A DNA stretch of 34,001 nucleotides from Promethearchaeota archaeon (lineage in GTDB: Archaea > Asgardarchaeota > Lokiarchaeia > Sigyniarchaeales > SOKP01). The notes under the pieces were generated by a model, which did no database searches, was not told the DNA's origin, and was given only the letters and a program-made list of their open reading frames with translations. Numbering within the stretch: the first letter of the stretch is position 1; every line of letters begins with the position of its first letter. The position numbers and the translations under genes are program-made. The stretch is from the NCBI GenBank assembly GCA_011364925.1, contig RDOA01000041.1:1-34001 (forward strand). Reading direction: 5' to 3'. This document shows, piece after piece, positions 26,825 through 34,001 of this stretch.

Positions 26825-28042
26825 ATGAAGCAAATAAAAGTTTTCTTTAATATCAACTCGAGAACTCAATTGCGTGGAAAATGCTCCGTTGAGTTTATGT
26901 CTCAAAGCGTATCTCGAAGAGTTCGGGAATTTCATCGGTTGTTTCCCGATTACCAACCAACACCACTACAATCTCTAAGGCAGTTGGCCAAAAAAGTCAA
27001 TGTAGACAAAATTTGGATTAAGGATGAATCTTTTAGGTTTGGATTAAACGCATTCAAAGTTCTTGGCGGTTCGTACGCAATTGGAGTTTACCTGAGTAAA
27101 TTAATCGGAGTTGATGAAGGAGATTTTTCTTTTGAATTATTGAAATCTCAAGAATATAAAGAAAAAGTTGGAAATCTTACTTTTATAACAGCCACGGATG
27201 GTAATCATGGGCGAGGTGTTGCTTGGAGTGCTAAAGTGTTTGGACAAGAAGCTGTTGTATTCATGCCTAAAGGAAGCTCTAAATACAGGATCAATAATAT
27301 CAAAAAAGAAAACGCTGAAGTTGTTGTAACCAACGAATATTACGACGAAACAGTCAAAATCGCAGCTAATTTTGCTCGAGAAAATAACGGAGTCTTAATC
27401 CAAGATACTGCCTGGAAAGGATACGTTGAAATTCCTACTTTGATTATGCAGGGTTATTCAACTTTGATCGATGAAATAATGGAAGACCTTGAAAAACAAG
27501 GAGAATCACTTCCAACACATGTTTTCCTGCAAGCAGGAGTTGGATCTCTAGCTGCAGCGATCCAAGGATACCTCATCACTAGATTTGGAGATAATAGGCC
27601 GCTAACGGTTATTATAGAACCTCACAACGCGGCTTGTTTGTACAAATCTGTAAAGAAAGGAGATAAGAAACCTCATTCTGTTAAAGGATCTTTATCAACG
27701 ATAATGGCAGGATTAGCTTGTGGTAAACCGAATATACTCGCTTTGGAGGTTTTACGAGATTACGCAGATTTTTTCGTATCTTGCTCAGACGAGATTGCTG
27801 CTAAGGGTATGAGAGTTTTAGGAAATCCCCTTGTAAATGACCCTAAGGTAATTTCAGGAGAGTCTGGAGCAGTGGGTTTAGGGTTATTGATCGAAATACT
27901 CGAAAACAAATTGTTCAGCGGTTTTAAAGAGAAAATGAATTTAACTGAAGACTCTCGGATTTTAGTTATTAGTACTGAAGGTGATACAGATCCAGATCAT
28001 TATAGAAATGTAGTATGGGATGGAAAGTACCCTTCTCGTTAG
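26825..28042 (+). CDS. dpaL: Diaminopropionate ammonia-lyase (PLP)
   Basis: YQPTPL, KDESFRFGLNAFKVLGG, ATDGNHGRGVAW, QDTAW, QAGVGS, TIMAGLACG, SGESGAVG, STEGDTDP. Confidence 0.93.
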   Translation: MKQIKVFFNINSRTQLRGKCSVEFMSQSVSRRVREFHRLFPDYQPTPLQSLRQLAKKVNVDKIWIKDESFRFGLNAFKVLGGSYAIGVYLSKLIGVDEGDFSFELLKSQEYKEKVGNLTFITATDGNHGRGVAWSAKVFGQEAVVFMPKGSSKYRINNIKKENAEVVVTNEYYDETVKIAANFARENNGVLIQDTAWKGYVEIPTLIMQGYSTLIDEIMEDLEKQGESLPTHVFLQAGVGSLAAAIQGYLITRFGDNRPLTVIIEPHNAACLYKSVKKGDKKPHSVKGSLSTIMAGLACGKPNILALEVLRDYADFFVSCSDEIAAKGMRVLGNPLVNDPKVISGESGAVGLGLLIEILENKLFSGFKEKMNLTEDSRILVISTEGDTDPDHYRNVVWDGKYPSR

Positions 28043-28144
28043 GGTGATTTCTATAGTGAAAATTGATAATTTTTTAAACAAATAGTATTTTATTAAACTT
28101 ATTCTATAATATTTATATTATATTTTTCAAATGTGATTAAAGCC

Positions 28145-28390
28145 ATGTCTGAAGAAACTGAATCGAGATTCTGTCCATATTGCGGAATAAAACTTAAACA
28201 TCCATATTGGGAACATGTTCAGTCAGAACATCCAGAGAGATATACACAAAAAGAAACCTGGGTGAAACTTTATCAAGATTATAGAAACCTTGGAATGGAT
28301 GAAGAAATTTCGTTAACAGTGATCTCTGAATTGTTTAACGCAACAATAGAAGAAATTAAGTCCTTTTTGAAAAGTAAAAATGCTTTTTAG
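28145..28390 (+). CDS. Small C2H2-like zinc-finger protein with helical C-terminus
   Basis: FCPYCGIKLKHPYWEHVQSEHPE (CxxC...HxxxxH). ATG 28145 is preferred over GTG 28133. Confidence 0.7.
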   Translation: MSEETESRFCPYCGIKLKHPYWEHVQSEHPERYTQKETWVKLYQDYRNLGMDEEISLTVISELFNATIEEIKSFLKSKNAF

Positions 28391-28476
28391 GCTCTCCTTA
28401 TAACTAAGGATATAATAAGAATTTGAAAAATAAATAGAAAAATTGTAAAAGATCTATAAATTAATGCTTAAATAAA

Positions 28477-28764
28477 TCAGAACTCCTCTTCGTCTTCCTC
28501 TAAGAGTCCAGCTTGCTTTAGTAAATCCTCAACACTGTCTCTCATTTTCATGACTTGCTCGTTATCTTTGAGTTTTAGATTGTCGATGACGGTATCAGAA
28601 AATTCCATAAACTGTTTAATTGACTGACTGGAGAATTCTTTGATTTTTTCTGAAGTGTCTTCAATAAATTCTTTACCGCTTTCACCAAATGCCCCACCAA
28701 CGAAATCTATAAACGCATTGTTTAATTTGTCTAAGAGATTTTCTTTCTTCCCTTCTTCACTCAT
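28477..28764 (-). CDS. Hypothetical acidic amphipathic-helical protein
   Basis: 95-aa ORF with ATG start, AAGGT upstream and an acidic tail EEDEEEF. Confidence 0.7.
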   Translation of the reverse strand: MSEEGKKENLLDKLNNAFIDFVGGAFGESGKEFIEDTSEKIKEFSSQSIKQFMEFSDTVIDNLKLKDNEQVMKMRDSVEDLLKQAGLLEEDEEEF

Positions 28765-28975
28765 AGTTTTTTACCTTACTTTTAATTGATTCTATATTTG
28801 TTTCGTTTTTTAATGAACATTCTTTAAATAAATTTTTCCATCTATTTTATAAATTTGGCTTTTGGAAAATACTCACTGTATTTTAAAAAAACAAAAATGT
28901 TTTTAAAGAAATAAGAGGATAATTAGATATCAATTAGCTTATACAGAAGATTAAGTATTTAATTAGGTTATACTG

Positions 28976-29178
28976 ATGGGAAAAGATAAGAAGAAGAAAA
29001 AAAAATATGGGATGGACGATCTCGTAGAAGCTGCGGCGTATGAAGGAATGGAAGAAGGAATTAAAAAAGGAGTAGAAGATGCGTTGAATTGAAAGCAGCG
29101 GGTAAAGAAGATATGTTAGATGATGTTCTCAAAGGTTTAAAAGAAGAAGGATACGGCCTTAAAGACGACAAGGAATAA
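28976..29178 (+). pseudogene. Small charged-protein gene frameshifted by a 5-bp duplication (TTGAA)
   Basis: MGKDKKKKKKYGMDDLVEAAAYEGMEEGIKKGVEDALN* stops at 29092. Removing one TTGAA of TTGAATTGAA (29084-29093) gives a 65-aa ORF ...EDALKAAGKEDMLDDVLKGLKEEGYGLKDDKE*. Confidence 0.65.
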
Positions 29179-29210
29179 AACAAAAAAAATTAAAGTGTGT
29201 TTTTTTTTTA
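29179..29210. terminator. Possible bidirectional oligo-T terminator between convergent genes
   Basis: A-tract followed by T-tract (aacaaaaaaaat...gtgtttttttttt) between the stops at 29178 and 29218. Confidence 0.45.
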
Positions 29211-29217
29211 ACAGTGT

Positions 29218-30207
29218 TTAAAAGTCAATATCCTGACCAACACCTTCTTGCAGGGCTCTATCATAAACCAGTTTTCCAACTGCTACATCTTGAGCGCTAA
29301 TCCCTACAGATTTGAATACTGTAATTTCTGTATCAGATGTACGGCTATTCTTCTTTCCCGTTATAATGTCTCCTATTGAAATGATAGCATCTTTAGAAAT
29401 AATTCCTTCATTAATTGGAATTATGTAATCTCCTGCTTCTGCTAAGCATGCTTCTTTCAATCCAGCTATAAGCAAGGATGCTCTCTTAATTGTTGTAGAA
29501 TCTAATTCCCGAGCTTCTGGGGCGTGCGCACCGATAGATGAGATGTGTGTACCTTCCAATACCTTTTCACCAGCGAATATTGGAGTAGTACTAGTAGTAG
29601 CTGCTACGATAATGTCTGTATTTGAAAGTAAATCTTCACCAGAACTCATAATTTCAACATCAATTCCTAACTCTTTTTCGATTTCCGTTTTGAAACTTTC
29701 AGCGGTGTCTTTTTTAAGATCGTAGACTTTACATTTTTCTAATTTTTGGTTTAATCCGTAGAAAACACCAGAAACTTGCTTTCTAGCTTGAACCCCTGCG
29801 CTATATATGCTCATCGTGTTACTATCTTTACGCGCTAAGAATTTAACAGATACTCCCGTAGCTGCTCCCGTTCTCATCGCTGTTATAAGACTACCGTCCA
29901 TAATTCCAACTATATCACCAGTGTTAATGTCTTGAACCATAATTTTTGCCAACACAGTGGGTATATTGTATAACTCTGGATTTTTCTTATAAACAGACAC
30001 AATTTTAGTTGCTAAGGCGCTCATTTCCCCTCCTATAATACCAGGCATTATTAATGTTAGCCCTGGAGCGGGGTCTGTAATAGCTATTCTCTGTGGCACA
30101 AGCGCATTACCCAGTGTCAATTGTTTGTAAGCTTCCTCTACGTATTCCAACGCGTCTGCCATGTTTAATAACTCAGAAACATTATCCTTTGTTAAAATCC
30201 TTACCAT
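29218..30207 (-). CDS. Ornithine cyclodeaminase / archaeal alanine dehydrogenase (mu-crystallin family)
   Basis: ATKIVSVY..N, ITAMRTGAA, DIIVAATTS, GTHISSIGA, RELD, FKSVGISAQDV. Confidence 0.92.
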   Translation of the reverse strand: MVRILTKDNVSELLNMADALEYVEEAYKQLTLGNALVPQRIAITDPAPGLTLIMPGIIGGEMSALATKIVSVYKKNPELYNIPTVLAKIMVQDINTGDIVGIMDGSLITAMRTGAATGVSVKFLARKDSNTMSIYSAGVQARKQVSGVFYGLNQKLEKCKVYDLKKDTAESFKTEIEKELGIDVEIMSSGEDLLSNTDIIVAATTSTTPIFAGEKVLEGTHISSIGAHAPEARELDSTTIKRASLLIAGLKEACLAEAGDYIIPINEGIISKDAIISIGDIITGKKNSRTSDTEITVFKSVGISAQDVAVGKLVYDRALQEGVGQDIDF

Positions 30208-30386
30208 TATTTATAATACACCAATTTTGAATCTATAGAATTAATTAATGTATTATTCTTGAGTTATTAAATATATAGCTTTACATCTAAGGATTAATTC
30301 TAGATTAATTTTTCAGCGATCTAAATTAAAATCTTTAAATATTAGATTTTAATAAGATGCGATATTTTCCCATGTAAGTGAAGATT

Positions 30387-31871
30387 ATGAGTGAACAGCA
30401 TTTCCTTCATGGATTCTTAAACCCTAAAAAAAGCGTGGCATTTTACGGTGCAAACAATAAGGGAGGCTCGCTAGCAGCGATTCAAATAATGGATTTAATT
30501 AAGTCTGGATATGATGGAAACATTTATCCTATTCACTTGAAATTAGATTCAGTTATGGGATTCAAAGCGTACAAATCATTAGCAGAAATTCCGGAAATAC
30601 CCGATCTTGTAATCATTGTACTTCCCGCTAAAGTAGTGCCTCAGATATTTAAAGAATGCGGCGAGAAAGGCGTTAAAAAAATAATCTTAATCTCTGGAGG
30701 ATTTAGAGAATTAACAGACGATCGAAAAAACAGTCTCACTGAAGAAATATGCAATATCGCGGATAGCTATGGAATGCGCTTTATTGGTCCTAATTGTTTG
30801 GGCGTATTCAATAATTGGTACCACCCTGAAAACGAATATTCGGCGTTTAATATCGCCATTTGGGAGAAATTAAAAAAAGGCAATTTTTCGATTGCCTCCC
30901 AAAGCGGAACTCTAAGTTCTCATATCTGGTTCGATCCAAGTAGCGTAGATGTTGGTCTAAGCAAGTCTTTATCAGTAGGAAACGAAGCCAATATTGATAT
31001 CGTGGATTGTTTAGAGTACTATAAAAATGACGACCAAACGCAAGTTATAGGATTGTACATTGAAGAATTAAAGAGAGGAAAAAAATTTTTGGAATTGGCA
31101 AAAGAAGTTACATCAACTAAACCAATTGTGAGTATCTATGTGGGAGGTACCGAAGCAGGTAATCGTGCTCTCCAAAGTCACACGGGTTCCTTAGCAGGAA
31201 ATAGTAGGTTGTACGATGCTGCTTTTAAAGCGACGGGAATTATTAGAACGGATTATGTACAAGAATTTTTAGATGTCGCACTTATACTATCTAATGGCGT
31301 ATTACTCAAAGGCAATCGTTTAGGAATTATTACAAATTCAGGAGGACCGGGCGCAATGATAGCGAATAACGCCGAAAAGAAAGGATTAATCGTTCCCGAA
31401 TTTTCTAAATCGCTTCAAATTGAACTTAAAGAACATTTACCGTCAAATGCGAGCTTTAAAAATCCAGTCGATTGTGCTTTTGATATGGATTTGCCTTACT
31501 TTTACATTACTTTACCAGAACTTTTAATGAAATCTGGAGAAGTAGATGCTATTATCCAATATGGTGTTGTTGGATTCCAAGATGTACTGGATGATTTCCT
31601 CAACTATGAGAAAATAGCAAAAAGCGCAGAGTTTACAAACCAACCTGTTGAAGTTGTAGATAATTTAGCTAAAAAACTTGTGATCCCAACAGTGCAAAAT
31701 TCACGCAAGTATCAAGTCCCAATATTGCATGTCAGTCCAATGCCCTTCAATAGTCCTTGGTCAAAGAGGTTAAGAGAAAACGGTTTCCTCCTCTTCAGGT
31801 TATGGGATAGACCCGTAAATGCTTTAGCCAAGGTATATGAGTATGTCTCGTATATCCAAAAGTCAAAATGA
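30387..31871 (+). CDS. ADP-forming acyl-CoA synthetase alpha-like subunit (CoA-binding)
   Basis: LNPKKSVAFYGA, IGPNCLG, SQSG, SVGNEA, SHTGSLAG (phospho-His), TNSGGPG, NPVD. No ATP-grasp beta domain. GTG 30378 is an alternative start. Confidence 0.88.
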   Translation: MSEQHFLHGFLNPKKSVAFYGANNKGGSLAAIQIMDLIKSGYDGNIYPIHLKLDSVMGFKAYKSLAEIPEIPDLVIIVLPAKVVPQIFKECGEKGVKKIILISGGFRELTDDRKNSLTEEICNIADSYGMRFIGPNCLGVFNNWYHPENEYSAFNIAIWEKLKKGNFSIASQSGTLSSHIWFDPSSVDVGLSKSLSVGNEANIDIVDCLEYYKNDDQTQVIGLYIEELKRGKKFLELAKEVTSTKPIVSIYVGGTEAGNRALQSHTGSLAGNSRLYDAAFKATGIIRTDYVQEFLDVALILSNGVLLKGNRLGIITNSGGPGAMIANNAEKKGLIVPEFSKSLQIELKEHLPSNASFKNPVDCAFDMDLPYFYITLPELLMKSGEVDAIIQYGVVGFQDVLDDFLNYEKIAKSAEFTNQPVEVVDNLAKKLVIPTVQNSRKYQVPILHVSPMPFNSPWSKRLRENGFLLFRLWDRPVNALAKVYEYVSYIQKSK

Positions 31872-32009
31872 TTTCAGTATAAGTATTACTAATAACAACT
31901 CCATTCTATTTTCCTAATACCTAAATTGTAATCAATTATAAGTAGCAATCCAATTAATTCTATAGTCTATAGAGGGATAGTTTAAATTAGTGCAATTAAA
32001 ACCTAACAT

Positions 32010-32606
32010 ATGGATTCGTATGATAAATTACCAGATGCAGAGATTCTACCAGTAGGAGACCTTTCAAAAAAGTTTTTAAGCTTAGGTATTAATTCTTTTA
32101 AGGGTGCGTGCGATTATGTTCATAATATAACATATGGTTATAATACAGACTATGAAGATAGGATGATATTTTTTAAAGAAAAAAAAGGTTCCTGCACTAC
32201 CAAGCATGCTGTTATCGCTGGACTCGCTCAAGAGCTTGACATTCCCTTATATAAGCAAGTATGCGTGTATAAATTTACAGAAGATATCACGACAGGAGTC
32301 CAAGAAATTCTAAATAAGTACGAAGTCCCCTATATCCCTATGGTTCACTGCTTTCTCGTGTATAAAAACTATAAATTTGATCTTACAGAAGGAAATTACA
32401 ACGGTAAAAAGAAAGCTATAGACGACTATATTTACGCAGAACGAGTTGATCCATTCATTAGCAGAAAAGACGAATACTTACTTTATAAAAAGATATTAAG
32501 AGAAAAAATTCTCCCATCAAAAGAAATGGAAGGAATAGCGGAAAAAACAATATTGAAAGCTAGAGAGGAAGGTATTAAACTCTTGAAAGCTTGTATTCTA
32601 ATATAA
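32010..32606 (+). CDS. Hypothetical protein, transglutaminase-like (Cys-His-Asp) fold candidate
   Basis: GSCTTKHAVIAGLAQELDIP, VHCFL and FDLT spaced like a transglutaminase core. Confidence 0.6.
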   Translation: MDSYDKLPDAEILPVGDLSKKFLSLGINSFKGACDYVHNITYGYNTDYEDRMIFFKEKKGSCTTKHAVIAGLAQELDIPLYKQVCVYKFTEDITTGVQEILNKYEVPYIPMVHCFLVYKNYKFDLTEGNYNGKKKAIDDYIYAERVDPFISRKDEYLLYKKILREKILPSKEMEGIAEKTILKAREEGIKLLKACILI

Positions 32607-32651
32607 TCTGAGTAAAGAAAAGTAAATATTTAATCTCTTATTGTAAATATT

Positions 32652-33491
32652 ATGGTATACAATAGGAAGAAAGAGACTGAGAAAAGCGTCGTAAACTCTA
32701 CAACGGAGCCTAACACAATTACTTCCCTGAAACACGATTTTAAAGCGCTTGGTGTTAAACAAGGTGCCAATGTTATTCTGCATGTTTCCCTAAGTAAAAT
32801 TGGCTGGATAATTGGAGGGTCAGTTGCATTGCTTAAAGCGTTAATGGAAACTTTAACCGAGGAAGGAACATTAGTAATACCAACATTTACGGGAGACAAC
32901 TCTGACCCATCGTATTGGGAGAATCCACCCGTACCTAAGAGTTGGTGGGAAAAGATTAGGAAAGAAATGCCCGCTTTTGAACCCGAAATAACACCCTCGA
33001 GAGGGATAGGAAAAGTTGCAGAGACTTTTAGAAGTTGGCCCGGTGTATTACGGAGTAATCATCCCATCGCTTCATTCGCAGCATGGGGTAAAAACGCAAA
33101 TTTTATTACTGAAAACCATGAGTTAGAGATTGATCTTGGTGAAGGTTCGCCGATCTCTCGACTTTACGATCTTGATGGTCAGATTTTGTTAATTGGAGTT
33201 TCCCATATCAACAATTCATCGTTACATCTTGCAGAATATCGAAGTGATTTCCCTGGTAAAAGAAGAAGGATGACTGGGAGCGCTGTAAAAGTCGATAACC
33301 GGAATCAATGGGTAGAATGGGAAGAATTAGATATTAATAGTGATGATTTTGACCGCCTTGGAAAAGATTTTGAGCTTATGACTAATTATAACCCCGGAAA
33401 AATCGGATTAGCAGAAAGTCGATTGATCTCTGTCAGAGAAATCGTAGATTTTGGAGTAGAATGGTTAAAGAAAAACCGAAAAGCTCCTTAA
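32652..33491 (+). CDS. AAC(3)/YokD-family N-acetyltransferase
   Basis: LHVSLSKIGW, GTLVIPT, SDPSYWENPP, RSNHPIASFAAWG, GEGSP, SLHLAE. Confidence 0.9.
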   Translation: MVYNRKKETEKSVVNSTTEPNTITSLKHDFKALGVKQGANVILHVSLSKIGWIIGGSVALLKALMETLTEEGTLVIPTFTGDNSDPSYWENPPVPKSWWEKIRKEMPAFEPEITPSRGIGKVAETFRSWPGVLRSNHPIASFAAWGKNANFITENHELEIDLGEGSPISRLYDLDGQILLIGVSHINNSSLHLAEYRSDFPGKRRRMTGSAVKVDNRNQWVEWEELDINSDDFDRLGKDFELMTNYNPGKIGLAESRLISVREIVDFGVEWLKKNRKAP

Positions 33492-33525
33492 ATTTGAAGT
33501 ATAATCATAAATAGAGTGATACAAA

Positions 33526-34001
33526 ATGAAAATGATAAATGAAACCGCAATAGTAACCGGTTCTACTAGTGGAATCGGAAAAAAAATTGCAGAATTGTTC
33601 CTTAGAGAAGGATGTAAAGTTGCGATCTGTTCTCGAAACGAAAATCGAGTTACTCAAACTCTTTCGGAGTTCAAAGAACAATTCGGAGATTCTGTAATCG
33701 GATTACCATGCGATGTTACTGATCCAGTTGCACTTAAAAAACTCGTTGACATAACTATAGAAGCATTTGGCTCAATCCGTATTCTAGTGGCGAATGCTGG
33801 CCTTAACTTAACTTATGGACCTTTTCGATATTTAACTCCAGAAAAAGTTTATTCCGACGCAAATGAGATAATTGGGACAAATTTAATCGGAGTATTAAAT
33901 TCAATCTCAGCTGTGCTGCCTTTTATGATAGAACAAAAATACGGCAGGATTATAACCTTATCAGGTGGAGGCGCCGATAGACCCCTGGAGAACATGACGA
34001 T
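33526..34001 (+). CDS. Short-chain dehydrogenase/reductase, 3'-truncated by the window edge
   Basis: MKMINETAIVTGSTSGIG, ICSRN, CDVTD, ILVANAG, GRII; open to the end of the window. Confidence 0.9.
   Translation, partial: MKMINETAIVTGSTSGIGKKIAELFLREGCKVAICSRNENRVTQTLSEFKEQFGDSVIGLPCDVTDPVALKKLVDITIEAFGSIRILVANAGLNLTYGPFRYLTPEKVYSDANEIIGTNLIGVLNSISAVLPFMIEQKYGRIITLSGGGADRPLENMT

Noticed and set aside
29090-29092. TGA as selenocysteine readthrough in the small ORF
   Set aside because: In-frame continuation gives only KQRVKKIC*, with no redox context and no SECIS seen. The 5-bp duplication explains the stop better.
1744-32899. Other short overlapping or antisense ORFs in the track (e.g. 4983, 6079, 9389, 9686, 12851, 15299, 18435, 19586, 24855, 26381, 32630)
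   Set aside because: They lie within or opposite well-supported genes and have no recognisable motifs.
32652-33491. Acquired aminoglycoside resistance gene
   Set aside because: YokD-like chromosomal family member with no mobile-element context; substrate unknown.
1-34001. CRISPR arrays, IS elements, or an integrated element at the tRNA
   Set aside because: No repeat-spacer array, transposase, integrase or duplicated tRNA 3' end was seen.

Overview
AT-rich archaeal chromosomal window, most likely from an Asgard archaeon (Lokiarchaeia-like). This is inferred from an archaeal histone, an Sm-like protein, an intron-containing tRNA with BHB motifs, a stand-alone longin and TTTAAATA TATA boxes. 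Most of the window is anaerobic amino-acid and redox metabolism: an unusual glutamate-synthase-like operon translationally coupled to an ETF with a ferredoxin-fused alpha subunit, NadE, a tungsten AOR with two MoaD-like proteins, LpdA, glycerate kinase, DAP ammonia-lyase, an OCD/AlaDH-family enzyme, an ADP-forming acyl-CoA ligase alpha subunit and an SDR. Standout items are (i) a candidate proto-coat/adaptor cluster at 20.8-25.2 kb (mu-homology/Ig-repeat protein + BBS2/ITFG-like beta-propeller with winged helix + longin), (ii) a tRNA-Arg(CCU) with two introns (37/38 and T-loop 58/59), (iii) a structured RNA-like element directly after the Sm gene, (iv) a ModE-like palindrome at the AOR promoter, and (v) a small gene broken by a 5-bp tandem duplication. 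No CRISPR array, rRNA or transposase was seen. All family calls come from motif recognition by eye, not database searches.
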